From Thermoleophilia bacterium (lineage in GTDB: Bacteria; Actinomycetota; Thermoleophilia; BMS3ABIN01), in the NCBI GenBank assembly GCA_041658445.1, contig JBBAAB010000001.1, positions 1 to 45,907 on the forward strand: a stretch of DNA of 45,907 nt, read 5' to 3'. Below, piece after piece: positions 12,328 to 20,779 of the stretch. The notes beneath the pieces were generated by a model. That model was not told the origin of the DNA. It ran no database searches and was given only the letters and a program-made list of their open reading frames with translations. A program made the position numbers and the translations under genes. Numbering within the stretch: position 1 is the stretch's first letter; each line of letters starts with the position of its first letter.

Positions 12328-12738
12328 ATGCCAGCACAAGAAGAGTTCGATTTGGAGTTCTCACGCCGAGGGAATTATGGGACGCCCAAGACGGTCTGCC
12401 GGACATGGTATGAGTTGGGATGGTTTGCCTCACGGCGCGCCGCCCAACAAGAAGCTGACCGGTGCCCAGACCGCGGAGAGGAGGCATGGCGCGCAGTGTT
12501 GGATTTGTGCGAGCCTCTACGGCCCGACGAGACAGGAATTGGAAGGCTGTTGGGCATTCGTGCGTGGGCGCTTTCGGCGCTTGCAGAACTAGAGCCCGAC
12601 AAACAGTGTGCCTGCGGTCGAGAGGGTTCGCTAGACCACGAGGACTTCTGCATGCCCAAGGGGATGTGGCCGAGGCATTGGATAACGGGGGGGGCTATAG
12701 ACCCCGATGCCGCCCCCAAGGAGAAGCCCAATGGCTAA
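12328..12738 (+). CDS. Hypothetical protein containing an orphan attC 5' arm (12438-12463)
   Basis: GGAGGATGAA RBS; internal CGCCGCCCAACAAGAAGCTGACCGG is translated as AAQQEADR. Confidence 0.6.
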   Translation: MPAQEEFDLEFSRRGNYGTPKTVCRTWYELGWFASRRAAQQEADRCPDRGEEAWRAVLDLCEPLRPDETGIGRLLGIRAWALSALAELEPDKQCACGREGSLDHEDFCMPKGMWPRHWITGGAIDPDAAPKEKPNG

Positions 12739-13009
12739 CGGACCCCTAAGTGAACGAATGCTTGAGGAAGCCTATGTCGGCGGCGTCGCCGGATGGGACG
12801 ACATGATTGACGAGGTATCCAAGATGGAGGCCCGCATCGAGGCGCTGGAGGAGGTAGAGGATGCGGCACGCCCCATTTCAGAATGGGCGCATGAACAGTA
12901 TGAAGTCCGCGGCGTTATGACCGCCGGGGGAACAGCGGAAGATGCCGCTCTAATCGACCTTGTGAAGTATCTCGATCAATGTTTGGCCTCCCTCGCGGGG
13001 AGGCCATGA
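12731..13009 (+). CDS. Hypothetical protein
   Basis: GGAGAAG RBS. Confidence 0.55.
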   Translation: MANGPLSERMLEEAYVGGVAGWDDMIDEVSKMEARIEALEEVEDAARPISEWAHEQYEVRGVMTAGGTAEDAALIDLVKYLDQCLASLAGRP

Positions 13010-13407
13010 GTGAACTAGAGGCATTCTTCGGGCCGTCAGAGGGAGCCAGTCATATGCCGGATCATGTCCGACGCACCTCCTGGCCGCGTCAGCCGGAACA
13101 TCTAAGGCGTATCCTGGATGTGTTTCAACAGGAGGCCGGGTTTGAGCCGATTGGCGTCCTGAAACAAACATGGATTGCCGGCGCCAAGGCATGGCACTCT
13201 GTATTCGGTGAAAACACCTCTCTATTGATAATGGCCATTGAGTACATGAGACAGAAGGAGTTGATGATTGCCTCTCCGAGGTCGTGTATTACAGTGGCCT
13301 TAGAGTTACAACGTAAGGGAGAGGGGCAGAGTAAGGCCGACTACTTCCGCGAATATGCCAAGAAGTTAGACGCTGCCGCGGACTTGGAAGTAGACGAGGA
13401 AGACTAA
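13006..13407 (+). CDS. Hypothetical protein
   Basis: ATGA coupling; GGGGAGG RBS. Confidence 0.6.
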   Translation: MSELEAFFGPSEGASHMPDHVRRTSWPRQPEHLRRILDVFQQEAGFEPIGVLKQTWIAGAKAWHSVFGENTSLLIMAIEYMRQKELMIASPRSCITVALELQRKGEGQSKADYFREYAKKLDAAADLEVDEED

Positions 13408-13422
13408 GGAGTCTGGGCGACT

Positions 13423-13674
13423 ATGAACACTCCGGAGCGCGTTGGAAGATGGGCGCTGGGCGACATAGCCGAGAGGAAGCACGATAGGAAGTTGTATCGC
13501 GTAGTCGGGTTCATTCTCCACCCGGCGGTTGCGTTTGCCCCGCTAGACGATGGGCCGGAAATGGTTCAAGTTGCCGGATGCCCAAATGAGTTGAACGAAT
13601 TGGTATGCTATACTCCGTCGCCCAACGATACTTTGGGCGCGGACCAAACGAACAAGTCCCCGGCAGGGGCATAA
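13423..13674 (+). CDS. Hypothetical protein
   Basis: TAAGGAGTCTGGGC RBS context. Confidence 0.6.
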   Translation: MNTPERVGRWALGDIAERKHDRKLYRVVGFILHPAVAFAPLDDGPEMVQVAGCPNELNELVCYTPSPNDTLGADQTNKSPAGA

Positions 13675-13689
13675 GGGAGGAGGACGGGG

Positions 13690-13860
13690 ATGACTGAACA
13701 CCTAACCCCCGAGGACGTTGTGGAAGAAGTCAAGAGGATCGTCTGGGTCAATCCAGACGATTACAGGCAGGCACTGGACCAGTTGGACGACATAGCCGAT
13801 TTGGTCAAGAAGTGCCGAGTTAATTCTGATGCCCCGAAAGGGGATGGGAAGGAGGAATAG
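13690..13860 (+). CDS. Hypothetical small acidic protein (56 aa)
   Basis: GGGAGGAGGA RBS; hand translated. Confidence 0.5.
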   Translation: MTEHLTPEDVVEEVKRIVWVNPDDYRQALDQLDDIADLVKKCRVNSDAPKGDGKEE

Positions 13861-13861
13861 A

Positions 13862-14206
13862 ATGTCTGTAAACCTGTTGAGTGTTGCCGCCGTCACCACC
13901 GTCATCTCGCTGATCTTCACGATTCTTGTGCAGTATTTCCCGGTAATCAACGTGAAGTGGGGCGGCCTGCCCAAGGAGACGAAGAAGTATGTCGTCCTGG
14001 GCGGGTACATCGTCGTCGGAGCCGTCGTTGCATGGGGAGGCTGTCTTGACCTGCTGGTCAAGTTCATCCCGCAACTTTTGTGTGTCGAGCCGGCCGCGTT
14101 CCTGGACTACCTTGGCGGAGTAGTCATCGCCGTTGGTTTGGGCCAGGGCGTGTTTGGTTTGGCGCCAGAAGCCGAGGCCGTCAAGTTCGCAAAATCCTTG
14201 CGGTAA
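13862..14206 (+). CDS. Multi-pass membrane protein (holin-like? speculative)
   Basis: GGAGGAATAG RBS; three hydrophobic segments. Confidence 0.55.
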   Translation: MSVNLLSVAAVTTVISLIFTILVQYFPVINVKWGGLPKETKKYVVLGGYIVVGAVVAWGGCLDLLVKFIPQLLCVEPAAFLDYLGGVVIAVGLGQGVFGLAPEAEAVKFAKSLR

Positions 14207-14222
14207 GAAAGGAGTCTCGGGC

Positions 14223-14357
14223 ATGTTTGTGGCAGTGTCGGCGCCAAACCCGGCCTGCCAACTGGCGGGGTGGCGTGGTGGCCACGTCGGAGAGTTGCCA
14301 ACCGAATGCGTAAGGGGCCGAGGGGACACCAACCCCCATCGAGGCTCCCCAGGCTGA
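14223..14357 (+). CDS. Possible small protein (44 aa) inside the GC-rich gap
   Basis: AAAGGAGTCTCGGGC RBS context matching other genes. The composition is unusual, so this is uncertain. Confidence 0.3.
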   Translation: MFVAVSAPNPACQLAGWRGGHVGELPTECVRGRGDTNPHRGSPG

Positions 14358-14441
14358 GGTCGGTGCCGTCGAAACGGCATGGTGCAATCCGGGCAACGGG
14401 GTAGGCCGGGTGGGGAATCCGGCCCCCGCCAATTGGGAGGA

Positions 14442-14735
14442 ATGATGAAAGACGCCATTCGCACAAGACTGCGCCAAGAGATTGAGGCGGTCGGCAAGCA
14501 GGCGGAGATAGACCGGGCCTCCTATGTGTCGGCCAAGGAGTTGGCGGACATGCTTGGCCCGAACATCAGGAACACAAACGCCCTATCCGGTATCATCAGC
14601 GGCCTTGGCATCAAGACGATAGGCCGCAGGCGATCCGGAGAGCGCAACGCCTGGATGACTGAGGAGCAGGCGAGGCTTGTCATCCGAGAGGTCCTATCAC
14701 ATCCGGCGCGAACTCACACAGGAGACCAAGGGTGA
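14442..14735 (+). CDS. Hypothetical protein, possibly DNA-binding
   Basis: GGGAGGA RBS. Confidence 0.55.
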   Translation: MMKDAIRTRLRQEIEAVGKQAEIDRASYVSAKELADMLGPNIRNTNALSGIISGLGIKTIGRRRSGERNAWMTEEQARLVIREVLSHPARTHTGDQG

Positions 14736-15613
14736 TTATCCACAAGTACAAAACGCAGCCCGTCGAGGCCGAGACGCCGTTTCAACTGGCGTCCAATCAG
14801 CAAATCCTGCTAATGCCCGTTGGAGATATTCACTACCTGAGCCAGGACTGGCCGCAGAACAAGGTCCTCGATCATTTCAAATGGGGCATGGACAGGGGGG
14901 CATACTTCCTGGGAGTTGGGGAGCCGATTGATCTTGCCTCCGCATCTCAAAGGGCCATCATGTCTCCGCTGAGGGATAGCGTCAAGAAGGAATTGAATGG
15001 ACTAATGACCGACGTGGTCGAGAGGTTTGTGAGGCTGCTGGATTTCACCAGGGGAAGGTGGATTGGCTTCATGGAGGGGGACCACTACTGGATGTTCGAG
15101 AACGGGACGACGACTGACCAGATGATTTGCACCTACATGGGGTGCAAGTTCCTTGGGGATGCGTCCTTGATTCGACTCACCTATCCGGAGGCCCCCAGGG
15201 CGCACCCGGAGGCAGACTGTATCATCTACGCCCACCACGGCTTCGGATCGTCTAGACTTTCCGGAGGGCAGTTGCACAGAGTTGAGGACCTGCTGAAGTT
15301 CATCGACGCCGACATCTACCTTATGGGGCACAGTCACGCAAAGGTCAGCGCGCCGATTGATCGGCAGGCCGTAACCCCCGATGGGGTTCACCACCACAGG
15401 ACGAAGGTCCTTGCCCGCACCGGGGCATTTATGAAGTCCTATCTATCCAGTGCTCCTCTTGGTCTAGACGAGCCCGCAGTTAGAAGTCGCGCATCCTATG
15501 CCGAGAAGGCCGCCTACATGCCCGCGGCAATGGGCGGGTTGTGCTTTGGTATCGGCTACGAGAAGATACCGGGGTCGGCGTATTACAGGCCAACAATCCA
15601 TTATTCCGTGTAG
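14732..15613 (+). CDS. Calcineurin-like metallophosphoesterase
   Basis: Motifs GDIH, GEPID, HHG and GHSH occur in canonical order; GTGA coupling. Confidence 0.75.
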   Translation: MIIHKYKTQPVEAETPFQLASNQQILLMPVGDIHYLSQDWPQNKVLDHFKWGMDRGAYFLGVGEPIDLASASQRAIMSPLRDSVKKELNGLMTDVVERFVRLLDFTRGRWIGFMEGDHYWMFENGTTTDQMICTYMGCKFLGDASLIRLTYPEAPRAHPEADCIIYAHHGFGSSRLSGGQLHRVEDLLKFIDADIYLMGHSHAKVSAPIDRQAVTPDGVHHHRTKVLARTGAFMKSYLSSAPLGLDEPAVRSRASYAEKAAYMPAAMGGLCFGIGYEKIPGSAYYRPTIHYSV

Positions 15614-15622
15614 GAGCGGCGT

Positions 15623-15850
15623 ATGCGAACATTGAGGCAGGGCGAGTCATATCCAATTGACAGGCGGGTGTCTTTGGAAGAGCAGCTAAAGAACATGCAC
15701 AAGAAGTTCCTGCTGAAGCATGGCAACAAACCAGTATTGGTAGTCTGGCATCCGGGGAAGTACAGGAAGGATACGATAGACCTCCCAGTAGACACGAGCA
15801 TTCAAGAGGGCACGTTCTGGTTCGAGTGCGCGGAGAAGCAAAAGAAATGA
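15623..15850 (+). CDS. Hypothetical protein
   Basis: AGGAGCGG RBS. Confidence 0.55.
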   Translation: MRTLRQGESYPIDRRVSLEEQLKNMHKKFLLKHGNKPVLVVWHPGKYRKDTIDLPVDTSIQEGTFWFECAEKQKK

Positions 15851-16284
15851 GGGCGCGCGACTGGGTCAGCGCAATCTACGACACCGAGGAGATTCTTGGC
15901 CTCTACTGGCGCTGGCCGTTCGTTGACATGGCGGACATGATAGCAACGTGGGACGCCATCAAAGCCTCTCCGGCGTGGCTTGAGTATGCGGGGGAGGGGC
16001 CGTGGCCGCTGGAGTTCCACCGAGAGCACAGGTGGCGCGTGGATACCGGAATTCGTCGCATTCGTGGGACTTGGGTGTTCGACGTGGGGGTTGGAATGGC
16101 CTGCGGGGGAACCCTGCTCCATGAGGTTGGTCATATTCCTGGATGGAGGCGCAGCAAGCCGCACGGCGACGGCTTCTTGAGGCTGTGGCTTGCTCTATGG
16201 AAACAGGAGGCGCGGACTATAACGTGGAACGCTATAGTTGAGCAGCTTCGCAAGGGCGGAGTTCCGGTAGAGGAGTTCGTTTGA
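15847..16284 (+). CDS. Putative zinc metallopeptidase (HEVGH)
   Basis: HExxH motif LLHEVGHIPG; ATGA coupling. Confidence 0.55.
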   Translation: MRARDWVSAIYDTEEILGLYWRWPFVDMADMIATWDAIKASPAWLEYAGEGPWPLEFHREHRWRVDTGIRRIRGTWVFDVGVGMACGGTLLHEVGHIPGWRRSKPHGDGFLRLWLALWKQEARTITWNAIVEQLRKGGVPVEEFV

Positions 16285-16514
16285 TCTGGGCGTTGCTGTT
16301 CCTCGCGGGCCTCATCAGTGAGGCGCTGGTAACTGCGCAGACGCTTGCCATCCAGAAACGAAAAGCCGCCGGAGCGGCGGTCCTGGCGTTCTTGGGCTGG
16401 GGACTGTGGGGGCTGGCCCTCGGAGAGCTAGTCATCAATCGGGCAAACGTTATCCCCTTTGCCCTCGGGGCGGCCATTGGAACGCTGGTTGTGGTTTGGC
16501 GGCGAAAAGAATAG
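16281..16514 (+). CDS. Small two/three-TM membrane protein
   Basis: Hydrophobic throughout; last gene of the plus-strand module. Confidence 0.55.
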   Translation: MIWALLFLAGLISEALVTAQTLAIQKRKAAGAAVLAFLGWGLWGLALGELVINRANVIPFALGAAIGTLVVVWRRKE

Positions 16515-16564
16515 CCTCGCAGGGGCGCTTTCTGGCCATTCTGCGGCGTTTTGGGGCAGTTGCC

Positions 16565-16843
16565 CTAAAGCGCCACGACGAACTTCCATAGCGTCTCTCC
16601 CCAGACAACGACCTGCTGGAGATGCGTTAGCAGCAGGAAGCCCCCGACGGCAAGCCATATCTTCCGTTCCTTCTTCCAGTTAGCGTCGCGCTTTGCCAAT
16701 GCGTCTTTCGTGGCGAAGCAATCCAACTTCTTGTAGACAACGGCCAATGCGCCCCACAACATCGCCCGAGAAAGATTGTCGGGCACCTCGTCGTTGTCCA
16801 TCTTCTGGCGCACCTCTGCGAACAGGCCGTTGCCGTCTGCCAT
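16565..16843 (-). CDS. Lysis-associated membrane protein (C-terminal TM; holin/spanin-like, speculative)
   Basis: GGGGGA RBS; lies immediately downstream of the endolysin. Confidence 0.5.
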   Translation of the reverse strand: MADGNGLFAEVRQKMDNDEVPDNLSRAMLWGALAVVYKKLDCFATKDALAKRDANWKKERKIWLAVGGFLLLTHLQQVVVWGETLWKFVVAL

Positions 16844-16844
16844 T

Positions 16845-17585
16845 CTATCCCCCAATCTCTGGATGGAGTTTCTCAAGTCGAGAGACTCGTTCTTCGATGG
16901 TTAGCGGCGGCTTGAAGCCGTCTAGTATCCTGTCGTCAAATGTGTTGAAGTCCTGCGCGCCACTGGCCCACGGATACTTACCCGGATTAGGAATGTCCCC
17001 CGCCCACTGCCAGCCGATGACGTTCTCTCGCGGAACACCGGGAGGTAGCGTTCTCGGGCCGGGCCAGTAGGGATTGAAGTTGGCCGGGATGGGTTCCTTG
17101 TAGAACAAGTACGCGGCAAAGACGAATTGGTAGTCCTTCGCCCACGAGACATCGCCAATGTTGTCTTTCCACCAGTAGACACCCGTGTAGACGATTGGCC
17201 TTCTAAGAAAGTCCTGTTCAATGCCCAACAGGTAGTCGTGGACGTGCGTCCGCTTCTTCGCCAGCGGTATTGTATTGTTCGGCGGCTCGAACGGGTGCTG
17301 CTCGATGTCCGCAAACGGAGGCAAGGGAGTGGGTTCTGGTGCGCACTTCTTGAACCACGCCGCCTGTGACGGTGCGGTCGCGGTCATCTTGAGGAAATGG
17401 TACGGCCCAAACGGCGCAACAGGAAGACACGCCAGCCTCTTGGACTGGTACGTCTTGTCTTGCATCCCATTTCCCTGCGTGCCCTCGCCGGCCTTGAAAT
17501 AGAACACAGACTGCCCGCTCTTTACCGCCAGCGCAAAGTCAACCGTTTCGTTGTAGTGGGAGTAGTCTTGGCCTTGAACGGTCAT
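16845..17585 (-). CDS. GH25-type muramidase endolysin
   Basis: DYSHYN..FYFKAGEG..GPYHF..WQWAGD pattern typical of glycoside hydrolase family 25. Confidence 0.75.
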   Translation of the reverse strand: MTVQGQDYSHYNETVDFALAVKSGQSVFYFKAGEGTQGNGMQDKTYQSKRLACLPVAPFGPYHFLKMTATAPSQAAWFKKCAPEPTPLPPFADIEQHPFEPPNNTIPLAKKRTHVHDYLLGIEQDFLRRPIVYTGVYWWKDNIGDVSWAKDYQFVFAAYLFYKEPIPANFNPYWPGPRTLPPGVPRENVIGWQWAGDIPNPGKYPWASGAQDFNTFDDRILDGFKPPLTIEERVSRLEKLHPEIGG

Positions 17586-17728
17586 TCCTTCGGCTCTTCC
17601 GGCTTCAGCGCAGCCTCTAACTTGGCCATCAGTCTTAATACCGTCTGGTGCGCCTCCTTGCCGCTGACTTGTAACGCATTCAAAGCAGCAAGCAGGTTCA
17701 CGATGTCTTGTTTGTCGAGGTCTATCAT
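17582..17728 (-). CDS. Hypothetical small protein (48 aa)
   Basis: AAGGAGTCTCAC RBS then ATG 17728. Confidence 0.45.
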   Translation of the reverse strand: MIDLDKQDIVNLLAALNALQVSGKEAHQTVLRLMAKLEAALKPEEPKE

Positions 17729-17738
17729 GTGAGACTCC

Positions 17739-20330
17739 TTAGAATGGGTATATAAGCGTAAAATTAGCGCTCTTGTTCCCGGAGGCCGTCCAGTTGTTAG
17801 TTGTGCCAACGCCCTTAGATAACACGCACACCAGGCCAAGCGCGACCGATTGTTGGGTTGTAAGTGAGCAAAGAGCGCCGTTGTCTACCCCCAGTCCAAT
17901 GCTCTGGAAATTAGTGGAGGTTGGAGCAACTGGCGTTGTGTACGAATGCGTTGCCGACGTACTCGTGCCATCCGCCGATGCGCCTATGACTACGGCGCAC
18001 ATTACCCCGGCCATCATAAACTTGGCGGTAAACGTGGGTGGCGTTGCCCCAAAACCGACAACGGTGGGAACGTAATTGAACCACCCAGGGAACCCCTGCG
18101 GGTTCTCGATGTAGCTGTAGTAAGGACTCGTGATTGCCGCATTCGCCAGCGTGTAGTCGCTGCCGCCAGTAACCGTCACGGTTGTATTCGGTGCGCCATA
18201 CGAGGATGCGGTGACGTAGAAGTATTTTGCTGTCGTCTGCGTCAGCTTGATCTTGGTGCCCTTCTGGTACTTCGCCGTCAAATCAGTCGGCACAGTGAAC
18301 GTTGTCGCACTCGCATATGTCCACGTCTCGTTGGCGAAGTTCCAGCCGGTGTAATCACTGGCCTGCATGTCGCCTAAGACGGTCAGCGCAGCGTCTCCAG
18401 AAACAGGCGACCGCAGGATGCCGACATTGCCAGCCGCCGTCACCTTGAGTCCCCCTGTCCCCCCGCCGGTAATCTGCCCACCGAGAACCAGGCCTCCGCC
18501 GGTGACTTCCTTCACGCTCACGTCGTCGAAGTAGGCGATGCCGCCGGCGGCGGTGGGCGCAGACAAGTAAACCTCAAGTTCGGCTGCCCCGGCGGTGGCG
18601 GTGAACACTATAGACACTTGGGTGTAGGTTGCCCCCGCTACGCCCGTTGTGTCCCAGGGTCCAGAGGTTATATTTTGGCCGTTGGTTCTGCCATAGAGGG
18701 AATAGAACCCGGCATTTGTACCATCGCCCCGTGTCCAAAATGAGACCTGATAGGTCACTCCGGGCGTAATCGGTACGGAGGCTTGCCAGACATATACGGC
18801 GTTTGGAAGGCCGCTGCCCGTCAACTTCGCCGCATCTGCTCCCGAGTGAACCAGTGTCGTCTCGTTAGCAAGCGCACCGCCTCCAACAACCTCCGTCCAG
18901 TTCGCCCAAATATCCGCCCCACCTCCGCCCGCAGTCTCGAAGCCGGGGTTGGTGAGGAGTTCAGAGCCGAGGTCGTATATCTTTACATCTCCGCCAGCCA
19001 CCTCTAGCTTCTTGGTGGGCGTCGCCGTGCCAATGCCTATCCGGTCGTTGCCCCCATCTACGAACAGACAGTTGGCATCACCATTGGACTCAACTCGGAA
19101 GTCCACATCATTGGACGCCTCGTTGAAGACAATCGCGGCAGGACGGAAGTCCGCTATGGTTCCTGCGGTCGTATCTCCAATCTGGACTGCGCCTAGCCCG
19201 GCATCCAGAACCAGCAGACTTGTCGCGGTGTCTCCTTCCATGCGAATGTCGGCATCTGCGCCCGCTTCGTTCAGCACGATACTCGCAGCTCTAAAGTCGG
19301 CAATCGCCCCTGCAACTGTCGTCCCGATTTGTACTGCGTCCAGCCCGGCGTCAAGCATCAGCAATCTAGTGGCCGTGTCTCCCCCAAAGATGAAATCAAT
19401 GTCCGCCGCCCCGGAGTTCCATGTGGCCACCAAGTCGTTGGTGATGTTCAGGAAATACGTTGTAACCCCGCCCCTGCTTTGATACAACTCGAACGCCTTG
19501 GCCCCGTCCGACGTTGATGATTGAACATATAGCGTTGTCTGTGGAGTGTAAGTTGCTATCGGTGCGCTTGACGCCTCAAGTAGCGCCGTCCCCACCGTAA
19601 CTCCGGCCAGGGCATTGCCTCCCATAAGATGTAACTGGGCCTGGCCAACTGCGACCTCGTAGGCATAGGCATCTCCGACCTTGCCAAGACTGGCGTCGTT
19701 CCACTTGACGCGGCACGCCGCATCGGTGCCGCCCGTTAGGGTTATGCCATCCGACTTCAGCGCCACCACGCCGCCGCCGAATGTGGCGGCCCCAGTCGTA
19801 TCGAAGTATCCCTGAGTTGTAGTTCCCCCGCGCACCAATATCTGCCCGGCGCTGGCGTCCCACAGCAGGTTCGCCTTGCCACTGGAGTTGTCCCCAAACA
19901 GAATGTCCCCCGCGCCCATTGATTCGGAGTTGTACGTCTGTGCGTTCGAGAAGATGGAGAACGAGGTTGTGGCAGGAGCCGCAATGTTGGAGCCGAAGAA
20001 CGCATCCCCGTCAGACTGCAAATGGATACGGTCCGTCGTATTCGTAATCAGCAGGCTGCCGCCGGAGACGGTGACGTTTCTGAAGGTCGCAGTCCCGTCG
20101 CCCTTCACCTGCCAACCCGTACTTGAGGAGAACACAGTCGAGGATAGCTGGTCGCGAACAACCAGAGAGGTGACGAGTTCTGATCCCCGGAACAGATTTG
20201 CAACACCGGAGACGTTCCGCTGCATCGAGTCAAGGGCTTTAGCGAAGGCTTTAGTGTCCTTCTCGCCGCTCTTTTGGACGCCCTCTTTCAGGGCGTCAAC
20301 GAAGCCTTTACCCAAGGTCGCCACTACCAC
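17739..20330 (-). CDS. Tail fibre / receptor-binding protein with a CBM4/9-like carbohydrate-binding module
   Basis: 863 aa, Gly/Thr/Ser-rich beta-type sequence. The segment NPGFETAGGG..W..W...FWTRGDG..AYFDDVSV resembles CBM_4_9. Confidence 0.65.
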   Translation of the reverse strand: MVVATLGKGFVDALKEGVQKSGEKDTKAFAKALDSMQRNVSGVANLFRGSELVTSLVVRDQLSSTVFSSSTGWQVKGDGTATFRNVTVSGGSLLITNTTDRIHLQSDGDAFFGSNIAAPATTSFSIFSNAQTYNSESMGAGDILFGDNSSGKANLLWDASAGQILVRGGTTTQGYFDTTGAATFGGGVVALKSDGITLTGGTDAACRVKWNDASLGKVGDAYAYEVAVGQAQLHLMGGNALAGVTVGTALLEASSAPIATYTPQTTLYVQSSTSDGAKAFELYQSRGGVTTYFLNITNDLVATWNSGAADIDFIFGGDTATRLLMLDAGLDAVQIGTTVAGAIADFRAASIVLNEAGADADIRMEGDTATSLLVLDAGLGAVQIGDTTAGTIADFRPAAIVFNEASNDVDFRVESNGDANCLFVDGGNDRIGIGTATPTKKLEVAGGDVKIYDLGSELLTNPGFETAGGGGADIWANWTEVVGGGALANETTLVHSGADAAKLTGSGLPNAVYVWQASVPITPGVTYQVSFWTRGDGTNAGFYSLYGRTNGQNITSGPWDTTGVAGATYTQVSIVFTATAGAAELEVYLSAPTAAGGIAYFDDVSVKEVTGGGLVLGGQITGGGTGGLKVTAAGNVGILRSPVSGDAALTVLGDMQASDYTGWNFANETWTYASATTFTVPTDLTAKYQKGTKIKLTQTTAKYFYVTASSYGAPNTTVTVTGGSDYTLANAAITSPYYSYIENPQGFPGWFNYVPTVVGFGATPPTFTAKFMMAGVMCAVVIGASADGTSTSATHSYTTPVAPTSTNFQSIGLGVDNGALCSLTTQQSVALGLVCVLSKGVGTTNNWTASGNKSANFTLIYPF

Positions 20331-20779
20331 CTCTTCTCGACTGCCGCCCGTGCGGCGTCTTTGGTGTCTAGTTCTCTGTCGGATATGTGAACGGGTATCT
20401 CAATCTCTCCCGCCATCGCCTGCATCAGCCTTGCGTCAGATAGTTTGTCGTGCTCTATCGTCTCTGCCGTCCCGTGGGTGAACTTGTCGTCGGCAAAGAT
20501 AATGATGATCTTGGCCCCGCCGTGAATTGCGAAGTCGGGTCTTACTTCAGTCAGGTTCCTGATACCCAGATACGACGGCTGGAATTCCACGTTGTTTGCT
20601 CCGAACTTCGCCACAAGGGCGCCGTACAGTCTTTCTTCAAGGTCGGAGGCAGGTTCTCCGCGGACCAGCCCAGTAAGAACTTCCTTGTCCGGCTCGGGCT
20701 CCAGCCTGTCAAGCGGGCGGTCGGGCCTTGCGGGCCGGATGACTTTCCACTTGAAGGGCTTCTCCTTCTTCTTGGTCAT
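20324..20779 (-). CDS. Hypothetical protein (possible PD-(D/E)xK-like fold, weak)
   Basis: E..L..RPDFAI...IIIFADDKFTHG pattern; lies between two tail genes. Confidence 0.45.
   Translation of the reverse strand: MTKKKEKPFKWKVIRPARPDRPLDRLEPEPDKEVLTGLVRGEPASDLEERLYGALVAKFGANNVEFQPSYLGIRNLTEVRPDFAIHGGAKIIIIFADDKFTHGTAETIEHDKLSDARLMQAMAGEIEIPVHISDRELDTKDAARAAVEKRW

Noticed and set aside
1940-12463. AAQQ(V/L/E)AE(A/T)D as a conserved protein linker or domain, or DGR template/variable repeats
   Set aside because: The same nucleotides occur in three reading frames and in untranslated positions. No reverse transcriptase is present, and the differences between copies are not adenine-specific.
16524-16574. 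GGCGCTTT...AAAGCGCC inverted repeat at the convergent junction 16514/16565 as a terminator
   Set aside because: It has an 8-bp stem with a 35-nt loop and no U-tract, and it overlaps the stop of the minus-strand gene. The support is insufficient.
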